64,000 nt of DNA, taken from the NCBI GenBank assembly GCA_051294375.1, contig CM119264.1, positions 5,077,045-5,141,044 of the forward strand, written 5' to 3'. The stretch is from Paraspadella gotoi (lineage: Eukaryota > Animalia > Chaetognatha). Shown piece after piece: positions 1 through 12,500 of the stretch. The position numbers and the translations under genes were made by a program. Below the pieces are notes generated by a model. The model was not told where the DNA came from and made no database searches. It was given only the letters and a program-made list of their open reading frames with translations. The number at the start of each line of letters is the position of its first letter. Position 1 is the first letter of the stretch.

Positions 1-278
1 TCTTGCTGAGAGCGTGAAGACGATGAGGAGTAGGACGAAGACGACTCAGATATCTCAGAAGTGAGGAGGTGAGTTTTATCAGTGTAAGATGCATCTTGGT
101 GGATGATTGGCGGTTGAGAGGTTGGGTGGAGTGGCTTCTTTGTGGGCGGTTGAGAAGGCTGCTGTGGAGATTTGGACGTCGTCATGGAAACCACGCCGGA
201 ATTGTCATCGATTGCTGAGTATCGAACGGCGTCGTTGCCGCTGACGACGCTAGATAAAGCTGGTCCGTCCGCTGACAT
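1..278 (-). CDS. 5' coding exon of an unidentified gene (S/P/Q-rich N-terminus), runs off the window edge
   Basis: ATG at 278-276 opens 92 stop-free codons to base 1 (MSADGPALSSVVSGNDAVRYSAIDDNSG...QQPSQPPTKKPLHP...DKTHLLTSEISESSSS). It is a GC-richer island in AT-rich flanks. Not in the ORF track because no stop lies inside the window. Confidence 0.65.
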   Translation of the reverse strand, partial: MSADGPALSSVVSGNDAVRYSAIDDNSGVVSMTTSKSPQQPSQPPTKKPLHPTSQPPIIHQDASYTDKTHLLTSEISESSSSYSSSSSRSQQ

Positions 279-698
279 TATGGCTTTTAGTATTGAGTAG
301 TCAAAAGAATTTTAAATCTTTTATTTAAAAGTTTAATTTTGGAAATGTTTAGGTCCATTCTGTGAAGCTGAAGTCGTTGATCATGAGTAAATCTAATAGG
401 GTTGGTCAAAAGTTTTTATTTTATTGTTTTCCTATTTTGGTAATCGGTCAAAAAACAGTCAAAATTTAATAAAAATGGCATTATCAGCATTATTGAATAA
501 CGATTCTAAATTATTTTTCGAACTTTTACTACTTTAAGTAGCCAACTTTTAATTTCTATCAGAATTCAGCTAAAACTTTTTTTTGCAATAAAAGTTATTA
601 ATAATTAGAGAATTACTGATTGACCGGAACGTTTTTGAAATTTTGAGATTTAAGTTTAAATTTGAGATTTAAATAAAATTTCTTAGTAAAGAGAATTT

Positions 699-747
699 GT
701 TTTTATTTCAACAACGATTTTTATTTTTTTGTTGTTGAAATAAAAAC
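699..747. repeat. Perfect 17-bp inverted repeat (hairpin)
   Basis: GTTTTTATTTCAACAAC (699-715) and GTTGTTGAAATAAAAAC (731-747). It overlaps ACAACGATTTTTAT, also seen beside the hammerhead at 29300. Confidence 0.8.
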
Positions 748-1799
748 TTTTATTGACAGCATAATCTCCAGATTTGTTGGTAATTTAAAAAAAATTATGT
801 TATTTTAGAAGAAACTAGTACAAATATATTCTTTAAGTTCACCAGTCCCCAGAATTGTTGCGCAAGAAGTAAGGGAAAACCAGTTTTACCCCTTTTACTG
901 AAGAAGGAAATTATGTCAACAGCCGAACGATCAAAAGTTCAAGTCACGACGAAACCGAAAAGGCTCTTAATCCTGGCTGCTTCGCTGCTAGGTGAACGGT
1001 TAAATAAAATTGTCACAAAATTAATTGTGGCGTATTCTATAGAAGTAGCAGCATTTATTAAATTAAAAAAGAAAATAAAAGGCATATTGATAGAAAAAAA
1101 ATATTTAGATTAATAGATACAAAGTTCTGCCTTGAATCTTATCCCCTAATTGATCCTCCCACATTAAATAGAAATGAACACGAAACGGCGATTTAAATGT
1201 TAAGCGACTCATTTTGTCACGCTTTTTGTCCTTTACAGATAATCACGTGAATACTAAAATTACAAAACTTGCAAAAACAAGCATCTTATAGTTAGTCTTT
1301 TATGTTGAAGTATTAACAAAAAAAAACCGAATTAAACTTCGACTTTTTAATTACGCGAGAACTCGAGGCGCCACTAAAAAGGGGAAAAATGAAAGAAACC
1401 AAAAAGCATTGAAAGAATTACATTTACATACGTACAAAAAAATAGTTTACAAAGACCATCCACGGATAAACTGGCAAAAAACAGCAGCTGGAACAAGAGA
1501 AAGATTGTACGTTTGTTGTTCTGATGATCAATGAAATATATCATGAGTAGATCGACGAAATAAAATTTTCTCCGTTGTCTTAGTATCAAAAACTTGTCTT
1601 TATTTTCTCAATATAAAATAAATAAGAATTCGTATCTCGCTCTTTCTTACTAAAAGAATAATTCTTTAACATATGGAATAGTAAGTCAATTGTTAATTAC
1701 GTCACCTACTCTCTTCTTTTAGTTATCTCCCAGGAAATTTTAACTAATAAATCGTTGGTGGTATCGTTTGGAAAAGGTCTGTCAGAACTGTTATAACGA

Positions 1800-1946
1800 T
1801 TTTAGCAGGAGGGTTACGCGCCCGTCCCTCTTAACTGCTAGGCGGCCACCGGGCTGAACCCGGACCTTTGGGTTGGGAGGCGAATGACTTGCCTCCGGCA
1901 CCAATGGCCGCTGATGAACGGTTGGTGATTTTAAGTCCACCATACT
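1800..1946 (-). mobile_element. Partial solo LTR of the TRIM family at 5027-5775
   Basis: Closely matches 5225-5362 and 5632-5775 (CCCGTCCCTCTTAACTGC...GGAGGCGAATGACTTGCCTCCGGCACCAATGGCC.CTGATGAACGGTTGGTG). Confidence 0.8.
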
Positions 1947-2260
1947 ATCAAGGGGGTCGGTGACCCGAAGGGAATAGGTAAAATGAAAAAAATACAAGCT
2001 TTGGAACCAGTTCCACGAGTTCTTCAAGTAAAAAAAGGTGCCAAAAGGATCAGATCATTAATCGATTGAAAAAATTTCTTGTCAATCAGCTGCTGAATAA
2101 GTCAACGACCAGGAAGACCGCGCGAGCGATATTAGGAAGGAAAAAAATGTTTGTATTATAATTATTTATTCTAGAAATTGTACAATCGGGATAAGAATGT
2201 TTAAAAGTATACAACAATAAGAAAATAACGTTCAACATTATTAGTACATAGTTAGCTTCA

Positions 2261-4837
2261 TCAGGTCTGAAACTCGGCGATGATTTCATTTACGGATGCA
2301 ATGGCGCCAGAAAAAATTGCAATGACACTGAAAACTAGGAAGAAAACTGTCCAACAAGATTCGCCACATAAGTCGATCACCATTCTCGGCTCTGAAAAGG
2401 AAGGAGAGAAGCAGGGAAGACAAATAGAGCATTAATGCTCATTTTATTATTGATTATGCAATTTACTTATTATTTAAACCAATGAAATATTGATTTTTTA
2501 TATTGTAAGATTTTTCGCTCGTAAAAATATCATTTCAGGAAAAACTCAAAGATTTCTAGGGACGATGATATATGTACGAAGAAAATAAGAATCTAGTTTG
2601 AGATTAAAATCATTTTCAAAATTTGTCAAACGCGCTGATGAAGGTTAAAAGAAAACAAACTCTTCTAGTTCTACTTTGTAGTAAACTGAGATAAAATCAA
2701 AATTCTTTTAAGAATAAATGTTAACTAAACTAAAGATTTCTAAAAATGATTAATATTTTATTTATACGATCTATATTATATATATTATTATTATTATAGA
2801 AGTTGTACAATTTTTATATAATATAATATACATCATAGAAAATGCAAAGCCGAGACCTTCAAAACAGGCTATCATTCAACTGAGAGTAGAGTTTACGGTT
2901 GCATAGATACGCCGTCACTTCGTTTTACAAACGAAAAAAATCGTTCTGTACAAAGGCAGCAAATGATTTTTATAATATTGCTCAATTTTCTCATCTCTCC
3001 AGGCAATGATTTACGTCAATAATCCATCCATATTCCTTCAATAACATAATTTTTTTACTTCAAAAATTATTTTAATCAACATCGACCATATTAATAATCA
3101 TACTGCAGTCAGACTCGCTAACCTTGTTGTTGTTCTTCGCAACAAATCGATAGCAACCGGAATCGAAATGGAAACTGGAATTCCAAAGATGGCACCGACC
3201 AGCGAAATGAAAGGCCCTTGATCATGAAAGAGTCAAGTTTAAAGTTGATATTAATTTGGTAAGAAATATATTTTAAAACTAATCTTATGACATGTATCTG
3301 TAATTTCCCTCTTCAAACATCACGACCAGAATCAACTCATGGAAACTGGATCCCAAACTCCCACAGCCCACCGATATGAGGAAGGAAGCGGCAAAGGCGC
3401 AGTGAAGACTACGACGGCTACTCTGACGAACGTAGTCCCAGACGTCAACTCGACGCTCGTTGACGATCCACTTCTTGATGCGACGACCGAAGAGGATCTC
3501 GTGGGCGACGAGGAATGGATGGCGTAGAGGAGATGACAACGACTGAGAAGACCATCTTCAGGCTAGAGTGGGTAATGGTCAGAGTTGGGAATAGTGATAT
3601 TTTTGGATTTGAATTGTACCTTTTTCTGAGAATGAAAAGTCTTGTAAGATGAAATAATCATACTATATGAATGATTACTACATTTTGTTATCTTTAGAGT
3701 ACTGCAGAGATAAATATTCAAAACTAACAACAATCACATCCGATCAATTCAAAAACTTTTTCTAAAAATGCACAGTTCAACCTATCGTAAAGCGGTTCAT
3801 TGGGTAAGTTGAGTGTGATGACGCCCATGGCCTTGTCACCGACTCTCATGTAGCCAAAAAAAGCGATGGCGAAGTAGAAGATGGTGACCAAACTGAGTCC
3901 AATATTGATGACACCGAATGAAGAGGTCATTCTTCCGGTTCCGCCATTTTGTTTTCCAGGGGAAGAACGACGCAGATACCTATAGAAAAGAATGGGTAAT
4001 GGACAAACGCGATTATTGATGACAAAAGAAATAATGAAAGTCACCTGAAAATCAAACAATCGCAATCAATTTTTTATATGGTTTACTAATTTTATATCAA
4101 AATATCTAAAAACTGTCACAACACGACCTTCAAATGAAAAGGCGACGGTAGAGATAAAGATTGGGTATTTGAAGGGATTGATCTCTACCAGCTTGACCTC
4201 GTCCAGTGGAAGAAACTCCTCCAGTAAAAATCCGAAGAAATGATGGTGCCTACGATTTGGACAGCAATGCCCACGATGGAGACCAACGCCAACACTTCGA
4301 CGTTTCGGATCAGATTGATAAGGATGATGACCGGAGAACAAGAGCAATGTAGGCCTGGACAAGGATTTAGAAAGTGGTAATTACACAGATAAAAAATTAA
4401 ATAATAAAAGTGTCACTTTATTGCGTATTCTGAGCTCTCACCTGTACTGGCCAATGTCAAGCTGTAATTATCTCGAAAGTATTCGTATAATGCATCTGAT
4501 TCATGTACAATATTCAAAGCTGTAATTGATGACTTCGCGAATATTTTCTCCTGATAATACAAATTAAATGCGATGAATATCAAAAAGAGTAATCAATTAT
4601 GTAGTAGACAATAAGTCAAAGATTAAAACAGTTAATTTTTTTAGTTTAAAAAATCCTCTTGTACTATAAAGACAAAATAAATAATGAGAAAGCCCATTTG
4701 CTGACGCACAAAATAGAATTCATAAATTTTTTGGCGTATTTTGAGAACCATTGACATTTTTTGGTCCATACTCAAACGCAAACTGTAGTGTGTAGCCATA
4801 GTCCATTCGATTACGACCCGTAAACTTGCAGAACAAT
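2261..4837 (-). CDS. SLC36: SLC36/PAT-family proton-coupled amino acid transporter (Aa_trans); multi-exon, 5' exons not found, several apparent frameshifts
   Basis: Exons at about 4837-4664 (MDYGYTLQFAFEYGP; MGFLIIYFVFI), 4551-4442 (ENIREVI), 4355-4128 (INLIRNVEVLA; PIFISTVAFSFEG), 3979-3782 (ICVVLPLENKM; FGVINIG; FFGY; VITLNLPNEPLYD), 3562-3372, 3219-3123 (PFISLVGA) and 2392-2261 (WRILLDS...ASVNEIIAEFQT*). These are SLC36 hallmark motifs in the right order. Confidence 0.9.
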
Positions 4838-5026
4838 CTAGAGAAACCAAAACAAATTTAGAATTAAAAAAAGCGTTTTTCTCTTAATGAACATTCAACC
4901 CTCCGTCTCTTCAAAGAACCTCTCCAACTTTAAAATCAATATAGTTTGTGGACAAAGCACTAAGTTAGTGAAAAGAGCTTTCCCAACTTCTTTAAATCGC
5001 TCTAGCAGCCTTGGAACGGGTCTAGG

Positions 5027-5775
5027 GCATGTCGCCTGATGTGTTGGGGGCGGAAATTGCAACGCCAGGTTGAGGCATGTTGCCTGAAAGTGTTGTTGTT
5101 GCTGTTGTGTCAGAAGTCGGGCTCACCAATGAAGAGAACAGTAAATTATTGTTATGAGTGTAGTGAAGAACCGTTCAATTATAAGCAGTCCCTGAGCTTC
5201 GGATCAGGCTGTAACACCATGTTACAGCGGGTTAAGCGCCCCGTCCCTCTTAACTGCTAGATCGACACGGGCTAGAACCCGGACTTTGGTTGGGAGGCGA
5301 ATGACTTGCCTCCGGCACCAATGGCCACTGATGAACGGTTGGTGGATTTTAGTCCACATACATCCCCCCTCCCGTAGGAGAAGTCTGTTGGTCTCTTCAG
5401 TGAATTGTTGTTGGTGGAAAGTTCGTCACCAAGTTGAGGCATGTCGCCTGATGTGTTGGGGGCGGAAATTGCAACGCCAGGTTGAGGCATGTGGCCTGAA
5501 AGTGTTGTTGTTGCTGTTGTGTTCAGAAGTCGGGCTCACCAATGAAGAGACAGTAATTGATTGATTGAGTAGTGAAGAACCGTTCAATATAAGCAGTCCC
5601 TGAGCTTCGATCAGCCTGTAAATAATGTTAAGGCGGGTTAAGCCCCCGTCCCTCTTAACTGCCAGACGACCAGCCCGGGCCTAGATACCCGGGACTTTGG
5701 GTTGGAGGCGAATGACTTGGCCTCTCCGGCACCAATGCCGCTGATGAACGGTTGTGGATTTATAGTCACCATAAA
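5027..5775 (-). mobile_element. Tandem miniature LTR retroelement (TRIM-like): LTR-PBS-180 bp-PPT-LTR-PBS-truncated internal region
   Basis: LTRs of about 233 bp at 5543-5775 and 5130-5362 (minus strand TGTA...TTCA). PBS TGGTGAGCCCGAC (5128-5116 and 5541-5529) is 1 mismatch from the tRNA-Trp PBS TGGTGACCCCGAC. PPT GGGAGGGGGGA (5373-5363) abuts the LTR TG. Confidence 0.8.
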
Positions 5776-6214
5776 TCCCTTTAAAACAATAAAAACAATA
5801 AAATACTGCAAATATATTAAGTATATTGCTTAAATTTATTCAATGTCTTACGATTAGGATTTCTATCGTGTTAATTTCAGTAATTTTAAGAATGTTAAGT
5901 ATGGCTTTTATGTCACAGAAGACTTATGTATATAAATTCTTGATCTCTGATATCATTTCCAGACATAAGATCTGCAATGTATTTGTAATCTTTAGAGGTC
6001 AGGCTCAGTTCGTTCGTATAATTTCAACAAAAGGTAAACGTTTGGCAGCACAATGTTCCGTTTAAACCGCCTATGGTGTTTCTATGGTAGAAATTCTACC
6101 ACTTGATTCTATGGATGTTGACCAATTTCAAAGTAAAATTATTGAAAATTGTTGATCATTGTGAAAAAACAATATTTTTTTTAATGCAACTATTAAATAT
6201 TTTTTTATACAATT

Positions 6215-6660
6215 AAAATAGGGCCAATCTTTGTCAATAGGGTGGGTCAGAAGTTTGATTCATGAACCTTCCCAAATGAAACTTCATACATTTCTGAGAA
6301 AACTTTCAATGGACCAAAATTTTCTAAAATGGCTAGAAGAATTAGTAATTATTTTTTAAATATTTATTTATATATAAGAAATGTCAAAATTTTTTTGGGA
6401 ATTTTTTATTTTTAAAAGCAGTTTCAGATAGCTTATAAAAGGTTGCCAACACAAAGTATAATTCTTTTTTTAACATTTTGATGATAAGTGGGTCAAAATT
6501 AGGAAAAACCTTAAAAAATAATAATCATCATCCAATGATTTTAGCAGTTTTTGATAATTTTCAGTAATAAAACATCAAAATTTTAAAAAGTTGTAATTAC
6601 ATTTTTTGCTTAACTTGTTGGGCTCTATCAGAATCAATTAAAAAAAATAATTTTTTTTTA
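6215..6660 (+). mobile_element. AT-rich dispersed DNA-transposon terminal sequence (family A)
   Basis: Diverged reverse complement of 12200-12645 (e.g. ACACAAAGTATAATTCTTTTT vs AAAAAGAATTATACTTTGTGT; GCTCTATCAGAATC vs GATTCTGATAGAGC). A third copy lies at about 59270-59560. Confidence 0.7.
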
Positions 6661-6787
6661 AAATTTGACATTTTATAGCAATATAATAATTTTAATTTTT
6701 GAATTGCGTCACTAACCGCTAATTTAAAATTAGGAGAAAGTGTTTGACATTTCATAGTTTCAAACCCCTTTCAAAATATTACCCCCC

Positions 6788-8314
6788 TAGAGCTCCCAGA
6801 AATACCATGAATTTTGAAAGTTCCTGATACCTGCAAAAAATCAGTATATTTTGAAAAATGAGCTTTGTTATTTCAGGCCAGCATACTTAAATTAATTCAA
6901 AATAAAGTTATTAATAACCTTATTACTAAATTTTTGTTGTGTTTATAAATAAGTTAAAAAATTATTATTACGAAATTAGAAATTATTTTTTTAACCAATA
7001 TCGTCCCTGACCCAAATTACTCTTACAATTCTAATAAGATTTTTTAAGAAAGTATGATTGGTTATACAAATAGAACTTTCTCTAAGGATTTTAAATATTT
7101 AATCCTTAAGCTAAGATATTGGCCTTTAAAGGTTTAGCCAAATGATAGCCAAAAAGAAAAGTAAGCTAATTAGAAAGCTTTGGCCTGTGGCTTAGCCAAC
7201 AACTTCCCACTCAACCTTACCCTTAAACTCTCCCCCAACCTAACCTAGCACAGGCCTTTTATCATTTGCAAGCCTCAACCCTAATCTTAATGTCCCTAGT
7301 ACAAGTAACAGAAAAAATTATCATTTAGGCCAGGTTGCCATGATTAAGTGCAATTTGACTGGCTCAGAAAAAGGGACAGGAAGCTTGGGTTAGGGTTAGG
7401 GAAGCTATGTGAGAAGGAAATTAAAGATTAAAGTTTAGCCTTAATTGATGGCCAGAGGCGGGATGCCTCAGTTAGGCTCAGAGGTGACCTCAGGCTAAGG
7501 TGAGGTTGTGTGAGAGGTTTCTGGAGTGATGCAGGGTTAGGGTTCTGGATGATATAAAACAGGAGGCCTAAGTTAGGGTTAGGCTAAGGAAGTGGCTCTC
7601 TCAGATGTTACCAGCCTGGGAAAACTGGTTAGGTTTGGATCAGAGACCGGTTTGGGGTTAAGGTTCAGCAGAATTACACTCCCTTGATTAAGGTTAGGAT
7701 AGAGGTTGCTGATTAAGATTCAGACTTAGGGTGAGACAAGAAGAGCCACGTTAGGTTAGGCTAGGGTTAGGTTAAAATTAGTTAGGTTGATATATATATA
7801 GCTGCAAAGGCCAAGTCGCCTCTCCATCTAATTCGCTTAAATTTATTTTTGCATCACTTGGTAAACTTTTAAGGCCAATTATCTCGTTTAAAGATTAAAA
7901 GATTTAAAACCCTTTGACAGTTCTATTTGGTTTAACCAGATAGTAAAATCTTATTAAAATTAGTAGAATTGTTTGCGTTAGGGCCGTTTGGCTTTTAAAA
8001 AAATTATGAATTTTAACTTGAAGCTTTCTGTAATAATATTTTTATAACCTTATTTATAAACCAAAAACAAAAAATATAATATAAGGTTATTGCGTAACTT
8101 TTTATTTTGATTTATTTAAGTATCTCATTTTTTCCCAAAATCTGAATTTTAAAAACCGGAAGTGGTTTGACGCAAAAAACTGGCGTGGAAAATCCATAAT
8201 GAGCATCCGGAAATTTTATTTTAATGTTGATATTCGTTTTCTCACTAAATTTGGCACAAGGAAACTTTTGCAGTATCAGTAACTTTCATAAATGTATGAT
8301 ATTCTGGAGCTCTA
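6788..8314. mobile_element. Non-autonomous long-TIR (foldback/MITE-like) element with a degenerate telomere-like core
   Basis: Left arm 6788-7136 is the diverged reverse complement of right arm 7862-8314 (ends TAGAGCTCC / GGAGCTCTA). The interior 7200-7790 holds many TTAGG(G)/CCTAA units. Confidence 0.75.
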
Positions 8315-9505
8315 CGGCCCCCCCCCGTCCACCTCACGATTCACGATCGCCATCGCCCTGTCTCGCTTTTCGCGTTCTCCTCCCTTATTTCCTTGTTCTC
8401 CATCCAACAGGCCCCTTTCCGCGCCAACCTTCGTTTCTTGCCATGTCCCTTCCCGCCACATTCCTTTCTCGCCACGCCCATTTTTGCACCACGCCCCCTT
8501 TCGCCACATCCTCTTTGACGCGCACGCGCGACGCGCGCGAGTCACGATTCCGAGGTGGCGCTTTCAACGGCGCCATCTCTCTTTTCTTTCTCTCTCTCTT
8601 ACTTTCTTTCCATCTTACATATTTTTTTATTTTAGCCCGGGTTTTACTGACAGCTTGTTCGTTTTTACGGTTTTAATTAATTACTGATATAATTCTATAT
8701 AACAAACGGCGAAGCATAATTTCATAATGATTTAAACTACCTATTTTTTTAGTTCAAATTTCTGCCTTACTTTAAACTTGTATTGTACGAAAAATTATTT
8801 AGTGAAAAAAAATCCTACTGTACTGTGTTAATAATATTTTTGTTTGATACAGAAGCGTGTCTCAGAAAACGTTTATAAATATTTAAACCAAAAAAAAGAT
8901 TACATGATTACTATATCAGTCGAGTCTAATGAGAGGCTGAATTTTTAAAAAAAATTATGGTACAACAAGACATTTTTTGATCAGTGTGATCTTCATTTAT
9001 TAAATCTTGAGACAAGTGATTCCTCTTCCAAAACTTCTGTCGCTTCATTGATGAGCCCTTCTCCCGAATACAACAGCACCTCATCCGCATTTCCGTTAAA
9101 TTGACAATTGCGATGCAAGAGATTCTATCAATGCTGAAAATGAATGTTTTTCTAATTTCAGTGACGATGGGACCTCAATACTTCTTGATATAATATTATA
9201 GTTGTATTACTTTTTCAGAATGAGAAAAAAGTTGAATAGCCCAACCTGCCGTCTAGGCCAAAAACATTTGCATCTCAAAACTTTAGAAGGTCTGTTGTCA
9301 ACTCATTCATTCGCGTTCAAAATCAATTCAACACGCCGGATTCATCCGCACTTTAAATACTAATCAATCAAATTTCTACGACCTCTTCTTCCAAGCTGTG
9401 GATTAAATATAAATCAAATAAAACTATACGAAACTAAACGGAATTAATCGGAATTATCAGGATTATTAAAAAAGTCACTACAACGTTCTTTATCAAAGTG
9501 GCGGC

Positions 9506-12500
9506 ATGTCAGAGACCCTCACCGCGGACGGACCGATCGAGCAGGTCACCTCTGCGACGCCGATTCTCTTGGCGGTCATCGTCTGCATCCATTGCGTAGA
9601 AGCGCTTGTCCTCTTTTTGGTCAGGATTTGGCCAAGGTAGGTTAGCATGATAAGAGAAGCTAGAGCAAAATGGCGGAGGAGCTATTGATTTCTCTTTAAT
9701 TTCCTTCTTTCTTCACTGTCCACCTCTTTTTCCTCCCGTTTCTATTAATATTTTTCCCCGATTTCCTCCAATACGGTCTCTGTGCAAAAAAAACGCGCCA
9801 CATTTATAACTTTTAATTCCAGACACTCTATAAAATATTTTTAAAAATTATAATATAAAAAATAAAATTTAAAAAAAAGAGAATCAATTATATCTAAATT
9901 GTATTTACAATCGGTAAACGGTTTAGGAAGATATGATTTTCATTAAACAATTGAAAAAGGTTATCATTACGGTTGTGAAAAAGCTTTTGACATTCAGATT
10001 GCTCAGACACATACTCCGTAAAATGAACCAAAATTTTAAAACATTTCATTTTTTTCATAAAAATAGAATTTATAACAAGAAGGTCCTATTTAAATACAAA
10101 AAAATATTTTTTTTTTGAAATTCTACCATGCCATTGACGAGCACAAAACTAAGAAAGTAAGCAAACTGGACTACTGGGAGTTGGAAAATAAAAAATCTTA
10201 GCGATTTTTTCAATAGGGTAAAAAATCTAAAGTCGTTATACCAGATAATTTAACTACAGTATTTGATCATTTAATTTACTCCTATTTAAAATCCGTGTTA
10301 AAGCTTCAAAATCATGGACCAGTCTTTCATTGTAAGTAAAATTATTATTTAGGGATCTGGGGCAATCCAGTTATCCAGCTATCCCTCCACATTTCCAATA
10401 TAACTATTTTTAATTTTTAATCTATTTCAAATATATCAGAAAAAAAATATTAGTCTTAAATTAATCAGTATTTCATTTAAAAAAATCATTGCTTCTAAAT
10501 GGATAGCCCAATTTTAATAAAATTTATGCCAAACTTATCATCTTTTAAAAACCTTTAAATCACTTTTAATTTTTTTTTTTAAAAATTCAAGTTTATAGGG
10601 GGAAATAAAGTGGGGCGTTTTTTTTGCACAGGACTGAACTTTGAACTTTTCTTTTCTCCTTTTTTGCAGATTTCGTTCCGTCCCAAAGCTCCCCCAGCAT
10701 TTCGAGTATCTATTGGATCTTCTCATTGTAGAAGCGGCGATGGTGATCAGCCTTCAGTTGACCAAATATCTCCTTGTCTCAACTGGGCTTACCAGCGACA
10801 TGTGGCAGTGCCTCAGGGGTAATGCGTTTCGGGAACTTTGTTGGACTTTGTAGGAGAAGCATTTACAATTTGATATATGGGAGTTAAATTAAGTAAGATT
10901 AAGATAGCAAAACATAAAAATGTGACAACTGATTACTGACTGAGGCATGAAAAGATAAAACGCAATACGCTCTTTTTACTGTATTATTTTTTCTTCCTTA
11001 CGGACCTCCCTCATAATCCTATTTATAAATCTATCTAAATCTAACCGTTTCCCCTCATCTTTGTGCACTCACTCCCTTAATTCCACCCTCTGTTTACAGG
11101 CCTCCAATCATTCGCCTTCACTTTCTTTGCTGTCTTCTGCGTTGATCTCCTTTTCACGGGATTTCTTTTGTCCACCATTTGTGATTCATTCACGTTTTCC
11201 ACTAGATCGTAAGTACACGTTAGTCAGTTATTTGCGAGCTTTCTTTAGTTTGCTTTTATATCTGTCTTTCCATTGCTATTTCGTGGCACAGGTCACCAAT
11301 CCTCCCACCAATTATCACAGGCAATGTCCACTGTCCAAACTCAAATATTTTGTTAATTCTCTCTCATTCCCATCTCATGTTTTTTCTTCTTGCTCGCGAT
11401 CTATATCCCTTCTTCCCTTTTTCTCATCATCTCTTCTCTTTCAGGTACTACTTTGAAATCACCCGCTATCTGTTGGGTCTGACGCTTAGCCTCTTTGTCC
11501 CTAACTTTCTCTGTGGACTTGTGGAGGCAAAAGAAAGCCCTGTCGTTTGCAGGATGCGTGATGACACGATGCAAAATCACTTTGGCATCATTGTTAAGGT
11601 ATGAGAACCGTAAACCTACAGGATTACTGATGTTGGTCAATTTATCACAACAGTTACAATGTCCTTTTAAAAAAATTTGATGTGCGTTTTTCTGCAATGC
11701 ACGCTTCCAAACTGCATCAATAGTTCCTATCTCCCTCGTTCCCTCCAGTCTCTCTCGATCATTATGTGCCTCCACTTCTTACACCATTACGACTGCTGTC
11801 GCCGCCGCGATGCACTACGCGGAGTTCATGTCATCAACCGCTGTCTGGTCCGACTTGTTTATGGACGCTTGGTAGTCAACGCTGCCATTTTGGCTGCCAT
11901 TGCTTCTGTGTCTTTTGGCGAGCACCACGATTTCAAGGTGCTTATTTTTTATATTAACGTTGGCTGTTGTGTTGTATAATTTCAGTATTTTCCTTTGTCA
12001 TCACTGTCTTTAAAAGCTCAATGAATTAACTACACTAATAAAAGATGTTGTTGTATACGCTATTATTATGAATCTACTATGAAATTAAATTCATTAGGGG
12101 CGGGGGTTCAAAACTTTAAAAAAGTTCGATTTTAATGCTTTTATTATTGCTATTAAAATGACAATATTACTATATAATGATAAAAATTTTTTTTAATCAA
12201 TCTTAACTTTTTTTGATAGATTCTGATAGAGCATAAAAAGTTAAATAAAAAATATCACTACAACTTTCAAAAATTTTTATGTTTTCTTGGTTAAAATTAA
12301 GAAAAAATAATAAAATTATCAAAAAATGATGATGATGATGATTATAAATAGTTTTTCATATTTTTCACACACTTATGATCAAAATATTGAAAAAAGAATT
12401 ATACTTTGTGTAGACAACTTTTTGCAAGCTACCTGAATCTGATCTTAAAAATAAAAAAATCCTAAAAAAATTTTTAGCCTTTTCTATTTATAAATAAATA

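Noticed and set aside
2258-2264. CTGATGA on the minus strand as a hammerhead core
   Set aside because: It is the tandem TGA TGA stop of the SLC36 gene and has no stem II or GAAA.
2622-2660. GTC...CTGATGA...GAAA hammerhead-like string
   Set aside because: Stems I and II cannot pair.
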